Shown one piece after another: positions 19,210 through 29,800 of a DNA stretch of 64,000 bases. How positions within the stretch are numbered: the stretch's first letter is position 1; each line of letters opens with the position of its first letter. The DNA comes from Gammaproteobacteria bacterium (GTDB taxonomy: Bacteria > Pseudomonadota > Gammaproteobacteria > DSM-19610), in NCBI GenBank assembly GCA_011374975.1, contig DRNU01000186.1, positions 14,437 to 78,436 on the forward strand, written 5' to 3'. The notes beneath the pieces were generated by a model. That model had not been told where the DNA came from, ran no database searches, and worked only from the letters and a program-made list of their open reading frames with translations. Position numbers and translations under genes: made by a program.

Positions 19210-20841
19210 TTATTCCTTACCGTGTGCTGTTCCGGATTGTGAAGACTTCATTTGCTCCAGCGCCGCCCTGCTTTTCTCTCTTCTGATGCGTTTTTCCGAC
19301 AGGGGCGGGCAATGGTGATCATCCCAGTATGTCACCTGGCAATCCAGGCAGTAATGACACTCGTTGGGATTTATCTCCCCGGTCGGCCGGATAGCCTGCA
19401 CTTCACACTGCCTGGCACAGATCTGACAGGGCCGTCCGCACTCCTTGCGCCGCCGCAGCCAGTCAAAGATACGCAACGGCGCCGGGATCGCCAGTGCCGC
19501 CCCGAGCGGGCAGAGATACTTGCAGAAAAACTTGCGGCTGAAGACTGCGATTACAAGCAGCGCAAGGGCGTAAACCAGGTAAACACCTTCACGCCTGAAG
19601 TGCATCACAATCACCGTCTTGAACGGTTCCACTTCGGCAGCCTTGGCGGCATAGCCGATGGATTGCAGGGACAGGCCCAGCAGGGCAACAAAGATAACGT
19701 ATTTCAGCGCGGTCAGCCGTTCATGCACAACATCCGGAAACCGGTATTCCGGGAGCTTCAGGCGCCGCGCGATTTTATGAATCAATTCCTGCAGGGCGCC
19801 GAACGGGCACAGCCAGCCGCAATACACGCCGCGCCCCCATAACAGCAGTGTCAGGGCCACAAAGCTCCACAGGATAAATATCAGGGGGTCGACCAGGAAG
19901 GCCTGCCAGGTAAACTGGTGAATAACAGAAGAAATAAAGGTCAGCACGTGAATGACCGAGAGCTGCGCCAGCGTATACCAGCCTATGAATAACAGGGTAA
20001 ACAGAAGATAGCCGTTACGGATAACCTTCAGCAACTTCGGCCTGCGGGTCAGCCAGTCCTGGAACAGCAGGATAAAAACCAGCATCCCGAGCGCGCTGCA
20101 CAACACAATAACCTGCCAGAAACGCTCACGCCACACCGATGCCCAGAAGGGCTCGCTGGTTTCTCCCAGCCACCAGGCCGGTGCCTGTTTTTTGGGCACC
20201 TGCACCGGCGTGACGGGGTGCGGCGTTATCCTGGCCCCTTCAGTCTGCAACGGAATACCCCGTGACTCGGCCACTTTCTTCACCGCCTTCACGATAGTGG
20301 CATTCATGACCATTGCCGTAATACTGGCACCGGTAATACCATCGATAACCACATAGCCTTCCCGTTCTGCACCGCCCAGTTTGACGCGGTCCTCCACGGT
20401 AATATCCCGGTATTGATAGACGAAGTATTTCAGATTCAGCTCGGACACGCCGGCATCCAGAATGGGCTCCGAATGTTCTGTAATCTCAACACCGGTAATC
20501 CAGCCGTCAAGATCGATGCCGACCAGCAGGGTAATGGGTTTCCCGGAGTAGGCCGGAATGGGGGCAATATCCGAAGTGCGCAGCACATAGCCCAGCAGCT
20601 GACTGCCGCTGTAGACCGGCGCCGCCAGGGGGTCACCCTCAAATGCCCCGACCCTGTCCGCCTGCGGGAAATATTTTCTGGCCAGGTTTTCGACTGAATC
20701 CGCCCGGGCTGTGCCGGTTGGACCCAGCACCAGTAATATCAATATCCATACAGCAAGCCATGCCGATACCAGGCGACGGGCCTGCGTATCAGAACAGCGC
20801 GCGAATCTGCCGGAACTGTTCAACAATGGTATCGGGGTCAT
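19210..20841 (-). CDS. NosR/NirI-family membrane FMN/Fe-S protein (short form)
   Basis: YSGKPI, FMN motif DGITGAS, GRGVYCGWLCPFGALQE, FCKYLCPLGA, C-terminal CGRPCQIC..C and CHYCLDC; start uncertain. Confidence 0.88.
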   Translation of the reverse strand: MTPIPLLNSSGRFARCSDTQARRLVSAWLAVWILILLVLGPTGTARADSVENLARKYFPQADRVGAFEGDPLAAPVYSGSQLLGYVLRTSDIAPIPAYSGKPITLLVGIDLDGWITGVEITEHSEPILDAGVSELNLKYFVYQYRDITVEDRVKLGGAEREGYVVIDGITGASITAMVMNATIVKAVKKVAESRGIPLQTEGARITPHPVTPVQVPKKQAPAWWLGETSEPFWASVWRERFWQVIVLCSALGMLVFILLFQDWLTRRPKLLKVIRNGYLLFTLLFIGWYTLAQLSVIHVLTFISSVIHQFTWQAFLVDPLIFILWSFVALTLLLWGRGVYCGWLCPFGALQELIHKIARRLKLPEYRFPDVVHERLTALKYVIFVALLGLSLQSIGYAAKAAEVEPFKTVIVMHFRREGVYLVYALALLVIAVFSRKFFCKYLCPLGAALAIPAPLRIFDWLRRRKECGRPCQICARQCEVQAIRPTGEINPNECHYCLDCQVTYWDDHHCPPLSEKRIRREKSRAALEQMKSSQSGTAHGKE

Positions 20842-21424
20842 GTGGCGGGGAGAATGAAGCGAGCAGTTGCCCGTGCGGATCGACCAGGAAAATCGAACTG
20901 GTATGGTTGACCAGGTATTCACCGGATGGCGTCTCCGGCTCCAGCATATAACCGGCGCCGAACTGACGGGTCAGGCTGTCTATCGCCTGTTGCGCACCGG
21001 TGATGCCCAGGAAAGCCGGGTTGAAATATTTCAGGTAACTCTCCAGGACTTCCGGCGTGTCGCGCCGCGGATCCACGGAAACGAAAACAACCTGTATATT
21101 CGACAGCCCCTGCGGATCGGTCTGCAGCTGTTTTACCACGCCGGTCAGTGTCGAGAGTGTTGTCGGACAGATATCCGGGCAATAGGTATAGCCGAAGAAG
21201 ACGAAACTCCACTTGTTTTTCAGGCGTTCCAGGTTAAAAGGTTGCCGGTGCTGGTCGGTCAGTTCGAAAGCATGCAGCGGTCTCGGCTCGGGGCGGAGTA
21301 CACCCTGTAGCTCCGGGGGATTTACCTTGCCCGGCAGCATCCAGAAGAACACCGCCGCCATCAGCAGGACCCAGAAAAGGAATATAAGAAGCGTTCCGTA
21401 AGGTCTGGGCGTTTTTTCAGACAT
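20789..21424 (-). CDS. SCO-family copper chaperone
   Basis: N-terminal TM; FGYTYCPDICP, SVDP.RD, VNHTS. Confidence 0.92.
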   Translation of the reverse strand: MSEKTPRPYGTLLIFLFWVLLMAAVFFWMLPGKVNPPELQGVLRPEPRPLHAFELTDQHRQPFNLERLKNKWSFVFFGYTYCPDICPTTLSTLTGVVKQLQTDPQGLSNIQVVFVSVDPRRDTPEVLESYLKYFNPAFLGITGAQQAIDSLTRQFGAGYMLEPETPSGEYLVNHTSSIFLVDPHGQLLASFSPPHDPDTIVEQFRQIRALF

Positions 21425-21439
21425 ACCTGTTATCAGCTC

Positions 21440-21703
21440 CTATTTCCCGGCCTTGCGCCACTGCCTGACGGCCCAGACCAGAAAGACCGTCACCAAGAGT
21501 ACATCAACGACTATGCCGATGGAAAAGAAAACCGTTAAATCTTCACGCCCGCCCTCGAGTATCGCGGTCTGCGCACCCGGGTCGGGGGATACCGGTGCCG
21601 GAACAACTGTAACGGCTGTATCGTCTGCTGCCACGGATTCAGCCACCATGAGCAAACAGGCCGGCGAATGCAGCTGCGCTGTCAAGCCCGGCCCGGCAAC
21701 CAC
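21440..21703 (-). CDS. Small hypothetical protein with C-terminal TM helix
   Basis: Hydrophobic C-terminus ending WAVRQWRK, 15 bp upstream of SCO; start unclear. Confidence 0.45.
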   Translation of the reverse strand: MVAGPGLTAQLHSPACLLMVAESVAADDTAVTVVPAPVSPDPGAQTAILEGGREDLTVFFSIGIVVDVLLVTVFLVWAVRQWRKAGK

Positions 21704-21927
21704 ACGACTGACGGCGACAGCAAGGAAACGCAGTTAATGTGTACTCTTTATACATAATGCTATTGATTACCCACGCAATGGAAAACCGGCAGCAGCACAA
21801 CACTGCCTTTTGTGCTGACAGGAGACTATAACGATTCAAAAATAAAACCACCAGCCTGCTTTTTTGACATTTTCATCCGGCCTGTGTATTAGAATGACGG
21901 CACTTCCACAACCATAAAGCCCTGCGC

Positions 21928-22905
21928 ATGACAGACAGAACACAATCAGGCGGCCTGTTCACATTTCTTGTCTTTATAGCCCTGATACTGACACTGGCAG
22001 CTGTCCTGTTGAGCGCCTACCTGCGACTTGAAAGCATCGGGCTGGGCTGTGAGGGCTGGCCGGGCTGTTTTGGGCAGATGCCGGAAGCCCGTGATCATGG
22101 CCTGGTACCCACGACCACCGCCGGCGCCGTGCACCGGTTCACGGCAAGCCTGCTGGGCCTGATTGTTGTTGCCATCACCTTGCTGGCCCTGCGCGGGCGG
22201 CGCCCGGCTGCTGTCGGCCCCGGCGTACCATTATTAATCTTTGCGCTTACTGTGTTCCTGTCAGTGCTGGGATACAGCACGCCGTCACCGGATATACCCG
22301 CTGTCACATTTGGCAACCTGCTCGGCGGCATGGCCATGCTCGCGCTGCTGTGGTGGACCGGCCAACGCTCGGTGGAAAGCATAGACGCCGATGACCCTGC
22401 AACAAGGGCGCTGAGACCCTGGGCCCTGCTGGGCCTGCTTGTCGTGGCGGTGCAAATTGCACTGGGCGCTGTGACCAGCGCCAGTTTCGCCGGCCCTGCC
22501 TGCACGGCGCTGCCCGGCTGCAGCGGTGACTGGGTATCCGTCACCAACCTGATGCAGGGGCTCGACCTGTTTGGCCGGCTGGGTGTGGATGACCAGGGCA
22601 GGGTCATTACCGGCAGCATACAGAAAACCCTGCACATGACACACCGACTGGGCGCCGTGCTGACTTTCCTGTACCTGGGCTGGCTGGCCCTCAGGGCCCT
22701 GAAGTCGTGCAAGCTCCTGCGCAATACCGCTGTCGCCATCCTGGTTTTCCTGGTCGTACAGGCGCTGACGGGTATTTCAGCGGTACTCACAGAACTGCCC
22801 CTGCTGCTGGTAACAGCCCATAACGCGATAGCGGCGATGCTGTTACTGGCCGTGGTCAACCTTTACCACCTGGTGACACCCACCAGGAAAACGACGCCTT
22901 CCTGA
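21928..22905 (+). CDS. ctaA: COX15/CtaA-family heme A synthase-like protein (atypical residues)
   Basis: RL...GLGC..WP.C loop, HR, Q..LG, second Cys pair, HMTHR, AHN; 8 TM. Confidence 0.8.
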   Translation: MTDRTQSGGLFTFLVFIALILTLAAVLLSAYLRLESIGLGCEGWPGCFGQMPEARDHGLVPTTTAGAVHRFTASLLGLIVVAITLLALRGRRPAAVGPGVPLLIFALTVFLSVLGYSTPSPDIPAVTFGNLLGGMAMLALLWWTGQRSVESIDADDPATRALRPWALLGLLVVAVQIALGAVTSASFAGPACTALPGCSGDWVSVTNLMQGLDLFGRLGVDDQGRVITGSIQKTLHMTHRLGAVLTFLYLGWLALRALKSCKLLRNTAVAILVFLVVQALTGISAVLTELPLLLVTAHNAIAAMLLLAVVNLYHLVTPTRKTTPS

Positions 22906-22998
22906 TCCCGGCCTGGCAGGCCCGGCCGGGAAAATACCGTGTCAGAACTGCTATTATTGCCCGGGTAAACACAACCACGCCGGAGTGTGTCGATCACC

Positions 22999-23853
22999 GT
23001 GAAAACCCTCCTGTCACAACTGGCGCAGCTACTGGCCCTCGGCCTGCTGCTCGTCAACACGGTATCGGCGCAGGAAGCCCTGACGCTGGGCATCCATCCC
23101 TACAAATCTGCTTCCAAGCTGATTGCGGCCTATACCCCGCTGGCCGATTACCTGGCCGGGAAGCTCGGCGTACCCGTCAAAATCCACATCAGCCGCGACT
23201 ACCAGACACATATCCAGCTCATCGGCTCAGGCCAGCTGGATATCGCCTACATGGGGCCGGCATCGTACATCAAACTGGTCGAGTATTACGGCAGCAAGCC
23301 GCTGCTGGCCCGCCAGGCCATTCACGGCAAACCTGAATTCCGGGGCACTATCATCACGCCGCTGACGAGCCCGCTGCAATCACTGGACCAGCTGCACGGC
23401 AAACGTTTTGCCTTCGGTGACCCGGAGTCAACCATGAGCCACCTGGTGCCACGCTATATGCTGTGGAAAGCCGGTGTCGATGCCAACGCCCTGCTCGAAT
23501 ACCGTTTTCTCGGTTCACACGACAATGTCGCACTGGCCGTGCTGGCCGGTGATTTCGATGCCGGCGCCGTCAAGGAAGCGGTGTTCCGCAAATATGCCGA
23601 GCGGGGACTCAGGGCGCTGGCAACCACACCCGCTCTGTCCGAACACCTGTTCGTTACCCGCAGCCGGCTTGCCCCACAACGGGTAGAACAACTGCGCAGT
23701 GCACTGCTGGCACTGGATAAAACGACTGATGGCAGGCACATCATGAATACCATCAAGCCCGGCATGACCGCCATGCTGCCGGTGCAGGACAGCGACTACG
23801 ACAACCTGCGCGGCATCATGGATGCATTGCACGAGCACGGAACCCTGAAATAA
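22999..23853 (+). CDS. PhnD-like periplasmic substrate-binding protein
   Basis: Signal peptide; DIAYMGP.SY, AFGDPESTMSHLVP, GSHDNV, D.DYD; start approximate. Confidence 0.85.
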   Translation: MKTLLSQLAQLLALGLLLVNTVSAQEALTLGIHPYKSASKLIAAYTPLADYLAGKLGVPVKIHISRDYQTHIQLIGSGQLDIAYMGPASYIKLVEYYGSKPLLARQAIHGKPEFRGTIITPLTSPLQSLDQLHGKRFAFGDPESTMSHLVPRYMLWKAGVDANALLEYRFLGSHDNVALAVLAGDFDAGAVKEAVFRKYAERGLRALATTPALSEHLFVTRSRLAPQRVEQLRSALLALDKTTDGRHIMNTIKPGMTAMLPVQDSDYDNLRGIMDALHEHGTLK

Positions 23854-25103
23854 TGTCGACTGCGCTCAACCGGACCCGGCGTTCGTTTTACCGCTTCCTG
23901 CTTGTTCTTGCTGTGTTCCTTGTGCTCATCGACACGCTCATCATCAGCCAGGTCTACCTGAACAGTATCGAACACGAGAAAACACATGCCGGTCACGAGA
24001 CCCGGATGTTCACCAAGCTCATTGCCGAGGCCCTGACCCGGGGCGACTACAGCAGCGTTGAATACATGCTCACGCAATGGGCCCGTGAGCGACAGGATAT
24101 CGCCCATATTGTCGTCACTACCGCCAACGGCTTCACGCTGGCGGAATACCGCCGGGAGACGGAACACAGCCAGTTGCGCCGCTACCATGAAAGTTTCGAA
24201 TACGGCAGCCACGGCAAAGCTATTATCGACCTGGTACTGGATGTCAGCGATATCTACCACCACCTGACACAACTGGTCATACAGCTGATCCTGTTTTCCC
24301 TGTTGATCGCCGGCCTGCTCGGCTATTTCCTGCGGCAGGTGGCAATCCGCCCCCTGCAGAAGGAAATCACGGAGCATCGCAGGACCGGGCATTTGCTGGA
24401 ACAACGTACCCGCGCGCTGGCGGCTTCCAACAGGGAACTGGAAGCCTACAGCTATTCCATGGCACATGACCTGCGCGCACCGCTGCGCGCCATTACCAGC
24501 TTCAGCCAGATCCTGAAACAGGAAGCCGCAGACCGGCTCAATGACGAGGAAAAGGACTATGTCGACCGCATCGTCAACGCCGGTCAGCGCATGGCGAAAC
24601 TGATTGATGACCTGCTTGAACTGGCGCGCCTGTCACGCTCGGAGCTGCAGGTCGCGCCGGTCGACCTTGGCAAACTGGCTGACTCGATCCTGGAACAGCT
24701 GCAACACGCCAGCCCGGAACGCCGCGTGGACTACACGATGGAACCGGACCTCCTGGTACAGGGTGACCCGAAGCTGCTGCGCGTGGCGCTGGAGAACCTG
24801 CTGGGTAATGCCTGGAAATATACCGGCAAGACTGCGCACGCGCACATCGAGCTGGGGAGCACGGGCACGCGCAGGAACGCCATGCGCATATTCTACATCC
24901 GCGACAATGGCAGCGGTTTCGATATGCAGTACAAGGACAAGCTCTTCAAGCCATTTCAGCGTCTGCACGACGCGGAGGAATTCGAGGGCACCGGTATCGG
25001 CCTGGCCAGTGTCCAGCACATCATTCATCGCCACGGGGGCACTATCTGGGCCGAGTCGCAACCCGGCCAGGGCGCTACCTTCTACTTTACCCTGCCCGAC
25101 TGA
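23853..25103 (+). CDS. Membrane sensor histidine kinase
   Basis: Two TM; AHDLRAPL H-box, NLLGNAWKY, DNGSGF, GTGIGL. Confidence 0.93.
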   Translation: MSTALNRTRRSFYRFLLVLAVFLVLIDTLIISQVYLNSIEHEKTHAGHETRMFTKLIAEALTRGDYSSVEYMLTQWARERQDIAHIVVTTANGFTLAEYRRETEHSQLRRYHESFEYGSHGKAIIDLVLDVSDIYHHLTQLVIQLILFSLLIAGLLGYFLRQVAIRPLQKEITEHRRTGHLLEQRTRALAASNRELEAYSYSMAHDLRAPLRAITSFSQILKQEAADRLNDEEKDYVDRIVNAGQRMAKLIDDLLELARLSRSELQVAPVDLGKLADSILEQLQHASPERRVDYTMEPDLLVQGDPKLLRVALENLLGNAWKYTGKTAHAHIELGSTGTRRNAMRIFYIRDNGSGFDMQYKDKLFKPFQRLHDAEEFEGTGIGLASVQHIIHRHGGTIWAESQPGQGATFYFTLPD

Positions 25104-25183
25104 TACGCTGCTTGCCATTTCCCCCCTCCGTATGCGATATAATTCCGGCAATTTCCGCACTGAAAGCATATAAAGGCATTCTT

Positions 25184-26851
25184 ATGACCCGCAAGGATAT
25201 GACCGCCAATCTGAACCCGGACAAGTATGCCAGGGGTACCGGTGCGCTACGCTCCCGGCGTCCCATCTACATGGATTATTTACCGCCCTGCAACGATGCC
25301 TGCCCGGCCGGTGAAGACATCCAGGCCTGGCTCGACCTGGCCCAGGCCGGAAAATACCACGCAGCCTGGCAAAAACTCATCGAGAACAACCCCTTTCCGG
25401 CGATCCACGGACGGGTTTGTTATCACCCCTGCGAAACGGCCTGCAACCGCACCTACACCGACAATGAAGTGAGCATTCATGCCGTTGAGCGCTTCCTTGG
25501 CGACATGGCGATGGAACAGGGCTGGAAACCGGAATTTACCGCACGCCCCGGGGGCAAACGGGTACTGGTCGTGGGCGGCGGCCCGAGCGGCCTTTCGGCG
25601 GCATACCACCTGACCCGCCTGGGCCACCAGGTCGATATTTTCGAGGCCGGCCCGGTGCTCGGCGGCATGATCCACTTCGGCATCCCGGCTTACCGTATGC
25701 CGCGTGCCGAGCTGAAACAGGAAATCAGCCGTGTCGAGGACATGGGGGTCAAATTTCATTGCAACCACCGGGTCAGCGATATACGCGGCGAGATGGAAAG
25801 CGGTAATTTCGATGCCGCCTTTGTTGCCGTGGGCGCTCACCTTTCCAAAAAGATCGATATCCCGGCGCGTGAAGCAAAAGGCATGATGGACGCGGTGAGC
25901 TTCCTGAAGAGCGTGGAGAACGGCGAACAGGTACAACTTGGCCGTCGCGTAGCGATTTACGGAGGCGGCAATACCGCGATGGATGCTGCACGTGTTGCCA
26001 AACGCATGGGTGTCGATGAAGCGATGATTATCTACCGGCGCGACCGGGAGAATATGGCGGCCCATGATTTCGAGGCCGCCGAGGCCCTGGAAGAAGGCGT
26101 CAAGATCAACTGGCTGCGCACCATCAAGGAAATCGACGGCAGCACGATTGAAGTCGAGGTCATGGAACTGGGCGAGGACGGACGCCCGCGGCCTACCGGC
26201 AAGTTTGAAAAACTGGAAGCCGACTCCCTGATTATGGCGGTCGGCCAGGATACCGATACGGGCTTCCTCGAAGATGTGCCGGGTATTGAATTCAAGGCCG
26301 ATGGCACCGTCATCGTGGGCCCGAACATGATGACCGGGGCCGAAGGTATTTTCGCCGGTGGCGACATGGTGCCGAGTGACCGCTCGGTAACGATTGCCAC
26401 CGGGCACGGTAAAAAAGCCGCCCGTTATATCGACGCCTGGCTGCGCAACGAAACCTACACGCCCCCCGAAAAACACCCGATTGTCGACCACGAAAAGCTG
26501 CAACTCTGGTACCGCACCAGCGCTCCCATGACCCGGCAGGAACATCTGCCAATGGCACAACGCATCGGCGGCTTCGAGGAAATCCTGCAAGGCATCAGTG
26601 AGAAGGATGCCATCTACGAGGCCAGGCGCTGCCTCTCCTGCGGCAACTGTTTCGAGTGCGACGGCTGCTATGGCTCCTGCCCCGAGGGCGCCATCATAAA
26701 ACTGGGCCCCGGTAAAAAGTACCGCTACGACTACGAACTGTGCACCGGTTGCGGCGTCTGCCAGGAACAATGCCCCTGCCACGCCATCGAAATGATCCCG
26801 GAATCCTCGGCCGCGAATGTCACCGGCCAGGCACCGGAAAACAAGAGATAA
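25184..26851 (+). CDS. GltD/SudA-like FAD- and NAD(P)-binding Fe-S oxidoreductase with C-terminal ferredoxin domain
   Basis: PCNDACP/GRVCYHPCETAC, GGGPSG, GGGNTAMD..YRR, FAGGD, CLSCGNCFECDGC..CP, CTGCGVC..CP. Confidence 0.88.
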   Translation: MTRKDMTANLNPDKYARGTGALRSRRPIYMDYLPPCNDACPAGEDIQAWLDLAQAGKYHAAWQKLIENNPFPAIHGRVCYHPCETACNRTYTDNEVSIHAVERFLGDMAMEQGWKPEFTARPGGKRVLVVGGGPSGLSAAYHLTRLGHQVDIFEAGPVLGGMIHFGIPAYRMPRAELKQEISRVEDMGVKFHCNHRVSDIRGEMESGNFDAAFVAVGAHLSKKIDIPAREAKGMMDAVSFLKSVENGEQVQLGRRVAIYGGGNTAMDAARVAKRMGVDEAMIIYRRDRENMAAHDFEAAEALEEGVKINWLRTIKEIDGSTIEVEVMELGEDGRPRPTGKFEKLEADSLIMAVGQDTDTGFLEDVPGIEFKADGTVIVGPNMMTGAEGIFAGGDMVPSDRSVTIATGHGKKAARYIDAWLRNETYTPPEKHPIVDHEKLQLWYRTSAPMTRQEHLPMAQRIGGFEEILQGISEKDAIYEARRCLSCGNCFECDGCYGSCPEGAIIKLGPGKKYRYDYELCTGCGVCQEQCPCHAIEMIPESSAANVTGQAPENKR

Positions 26852-26855
26852 GGCC

Positions 26856-29800
26856 ATGAGCGACCAGAACACACAAAAACAGGTTACCGTCGATGGCGGC
26901 TATGGCGTGGCGCATATCGCCTACCGCGTTACCGATATCTGCTCCATCTTCCCCATCACCCCGTCATCGGACATGTCGGAACTTGCCGACGTGTGGTCCA
27001 CCCAGGGCCTGAAAAACATCTGGGGCCAGGTACCCCAGGTCATCGAAATGCAGAGTGAGGGCGGCGCCGCCGGCACGGCGCACGGCGCGCTGCAGACCGG
27101 CGCACTGACAACAACCTTTACTTCATCCCAGGGGCTGCTGTTAATGCTGCCCAACATGTACAAAATTGCCGGCGAGCTGACTTCCTGCGTGTTCCACGTG
27201 GCCGCGCGATCCATCGCCGCCCAGGCGCTGTCGATTTTCGGCGACCACCAGGACGTCATGGCCGCGCGCATGACCGGCTTTGCCATGCTCGCGTCGAATT
27301 CCGTACAGGAGGCCCACGACGCCGCCTTGATTTGTCACTCCGCCACGCTCAAGGCGCGCGTGCCCTTTATCAACTTTTTCGACGGTTTTCGCACCTCCCA
27401 CGAAATCAACAAAATCCACCTGATTTCGGATGAACAGATTCGCGAGATGATCGACGAAGAGCTGGTCTTTGCACACCGCAACCGCGCCCTGAACCCGGAC
27501 AACCCCTTCATCCGCGGCACGGCACAAAACCCGGATGTCTACTTCCAGGGGCGTGAAAGCTCAAACCCGTACTACAACGCGATCCCCGGGATCATCCAGG
27601 ACACCATGGACAAGCTGGCAACACTCACCGGCCGCCAGTACAAATTATTTGAATACTACGGTGCCGAGGATGCAGAAGAGGTCATCGTGATGATGGGCTC
27701 CGGCGCCCAGGTGGTTGAAGAAACCATTGATAAACTCAATGCCGAAGGCCGCAAGCTGGGACTGGTGAGTGTCCGGCTGTTCCGCCCGTTCAGTAGCGAG
27801 CACATGGTTTCCGCCTTGCCGGCAAGCTGCAGGAAAATCGCCGTCCTGGACCGCACCAAGGAACCCGGCAGCGCAGGCGAACCCCTCTACCAGGACGTGG
27901 TGACCGCGCTCGCCGAGGCCTGTAACAACGGCGAACTGGAGTCCCTGCCGAAAATAATCGGCGGACGCTACGGCCTCTCCTCCAAGGAATTCACCCCGGC
28001 AATGGCGAAAGGGGTATTCGACAACCTGGCCGCGGAACAACCGAAAAATCACTTTACCGTAGGCATCAACGACGATGTCACCCATACCAGCATCGACTAC
28101 GACAGCGATTTCGATATCGAGCCGGCCAACGTCACCCGCGCCATGTTCTACGGCCTCGGCTCGGACGGCACGGTTTCGGCCAACAAGAACTCCATCAAGA
28201 TTATCGGTGACGGTACCGACCTCTATTGCCAGGGCTACTTTGTCTATGACTCGAAGAAGGCCGGGTCGCAAACCACCTCACACCTGCGCTTCGGTCCCGA
28301 CCCGATCAAGGCGCCGTATCTCATTACCTCCACCAATTTCATCGCCTGCCATAAACCGAACTTTATCGACCAGGTGGAAATGCTCAACAATGCAGCGGAC
28401 AACGCTGTCTTCCTGCTCAATAGCCCGGTTGCCCCCGACCGGGTGTGGGATGAGCTGCCGCGCCCCGTACAGCAGCAGATCATCGACAAGAACATCGACT
28501 TCTATGTCATTGACGCCACCACCGTGGCCCGCGATGCGGGCATGGGTCGTCGCATCAATACTATTATGCAGACCTGCTTCTTCGCCCTGTCGGGCGTCCT
28601 GCCGCGGGATGAGGCCATTGAAAAGATCAAGGCGGCGATAGAGAAAACCTACATGCGCAAGGGCGCCGACATCGTCCAGCTCAACTTCAAGGCGGTGGAT
28701 GCATCACTGGATCACCTGCACAAGGTCAAAGTACCCGGCAAGGTCAGCTCCACCAGGGACATGCAGCCCGCGGTGTCCGACCTGGCCCCGGCCTTTGTCA
28801 AAGAGGTCACCGTGCCCATGCTGATCGGTCGCGGCGACGAACTGCCGGTTTCCAGTATCCCGGTCGACGGCACCTACCCCAGCGGCACCGCGCGCTGGGA
28901 GAAGCGCAACATTGCCGACTTCATTCCGAAATGGGAACCGGAAGTCTGTATCCAGTGCGGCAATTGCAGCTTTGTCTGCCCGCACAGCGTGATCCGTGCG
29001 CGCTTCTATGACGAGAGCATACTGGACAACGCCCCCGTGACCTTCGAATCGGCACCGGTATCGGCACGAGGCTTTCCCGACGCCCGTTACACCCTGCAGA
29101 TCTACGTGGAAGACTGCACCGGCTGCGGCCTTTGTGTGGAAGCCTGCCCGGCGTTCGACCAGCAGGACAACTCGCGCAAGGCCATCAACATGGTCGAGAA
29201 AGACAAGGACCCCGTTTTCGAAGCCGGCAAAAACAACCTGGTCTTCTTCGACACTATCCCTGTCAACTCACGTGCCACGGTCAATTTCGCCTCGGTACGC
29301 GGCGCACAGTTCCTCGAACCGCTGTTTGAATTCTCCGGGGCCTGCTCCGGTTGCGGCGAAACCCCCTACGTGCGCCTGCTGACCCAGCTGTTCGGCCCGC
29401 GCCTGCTGGTGGCCAACGCCACCGGCTGCTCATCCATCTACGGCGGCAACCTGCCCGCTACACCCTGGACCATCAACAAGGAAGGCCGGGGCCCGGCGTG
29501 GTCCAACTCGCTGTTCGAGGACAATGCGGAGTTCGGACTGGGGATGCGCATCTCCGCCGACCAGCAGATGGCCATGGCCAAGCAACTGCTCAGCGACATG
29601 AGCGATTACTTCGACCAGGCGTTTATCGACTCGTTAATGAAAACCGACCAGCATATCGGCAGCGAGATGAACGCCCAGCGCGAACGCGTCAACGAACTGA
29701 AGCGGCGCCTCGGGGAAATCGACGACCCGCGCGCCAGATCCCTGCTGACCGTTGCCGACCACCTGATCCGCCGCAGTGTGTGGCTGGTCGGGGGTGACGG

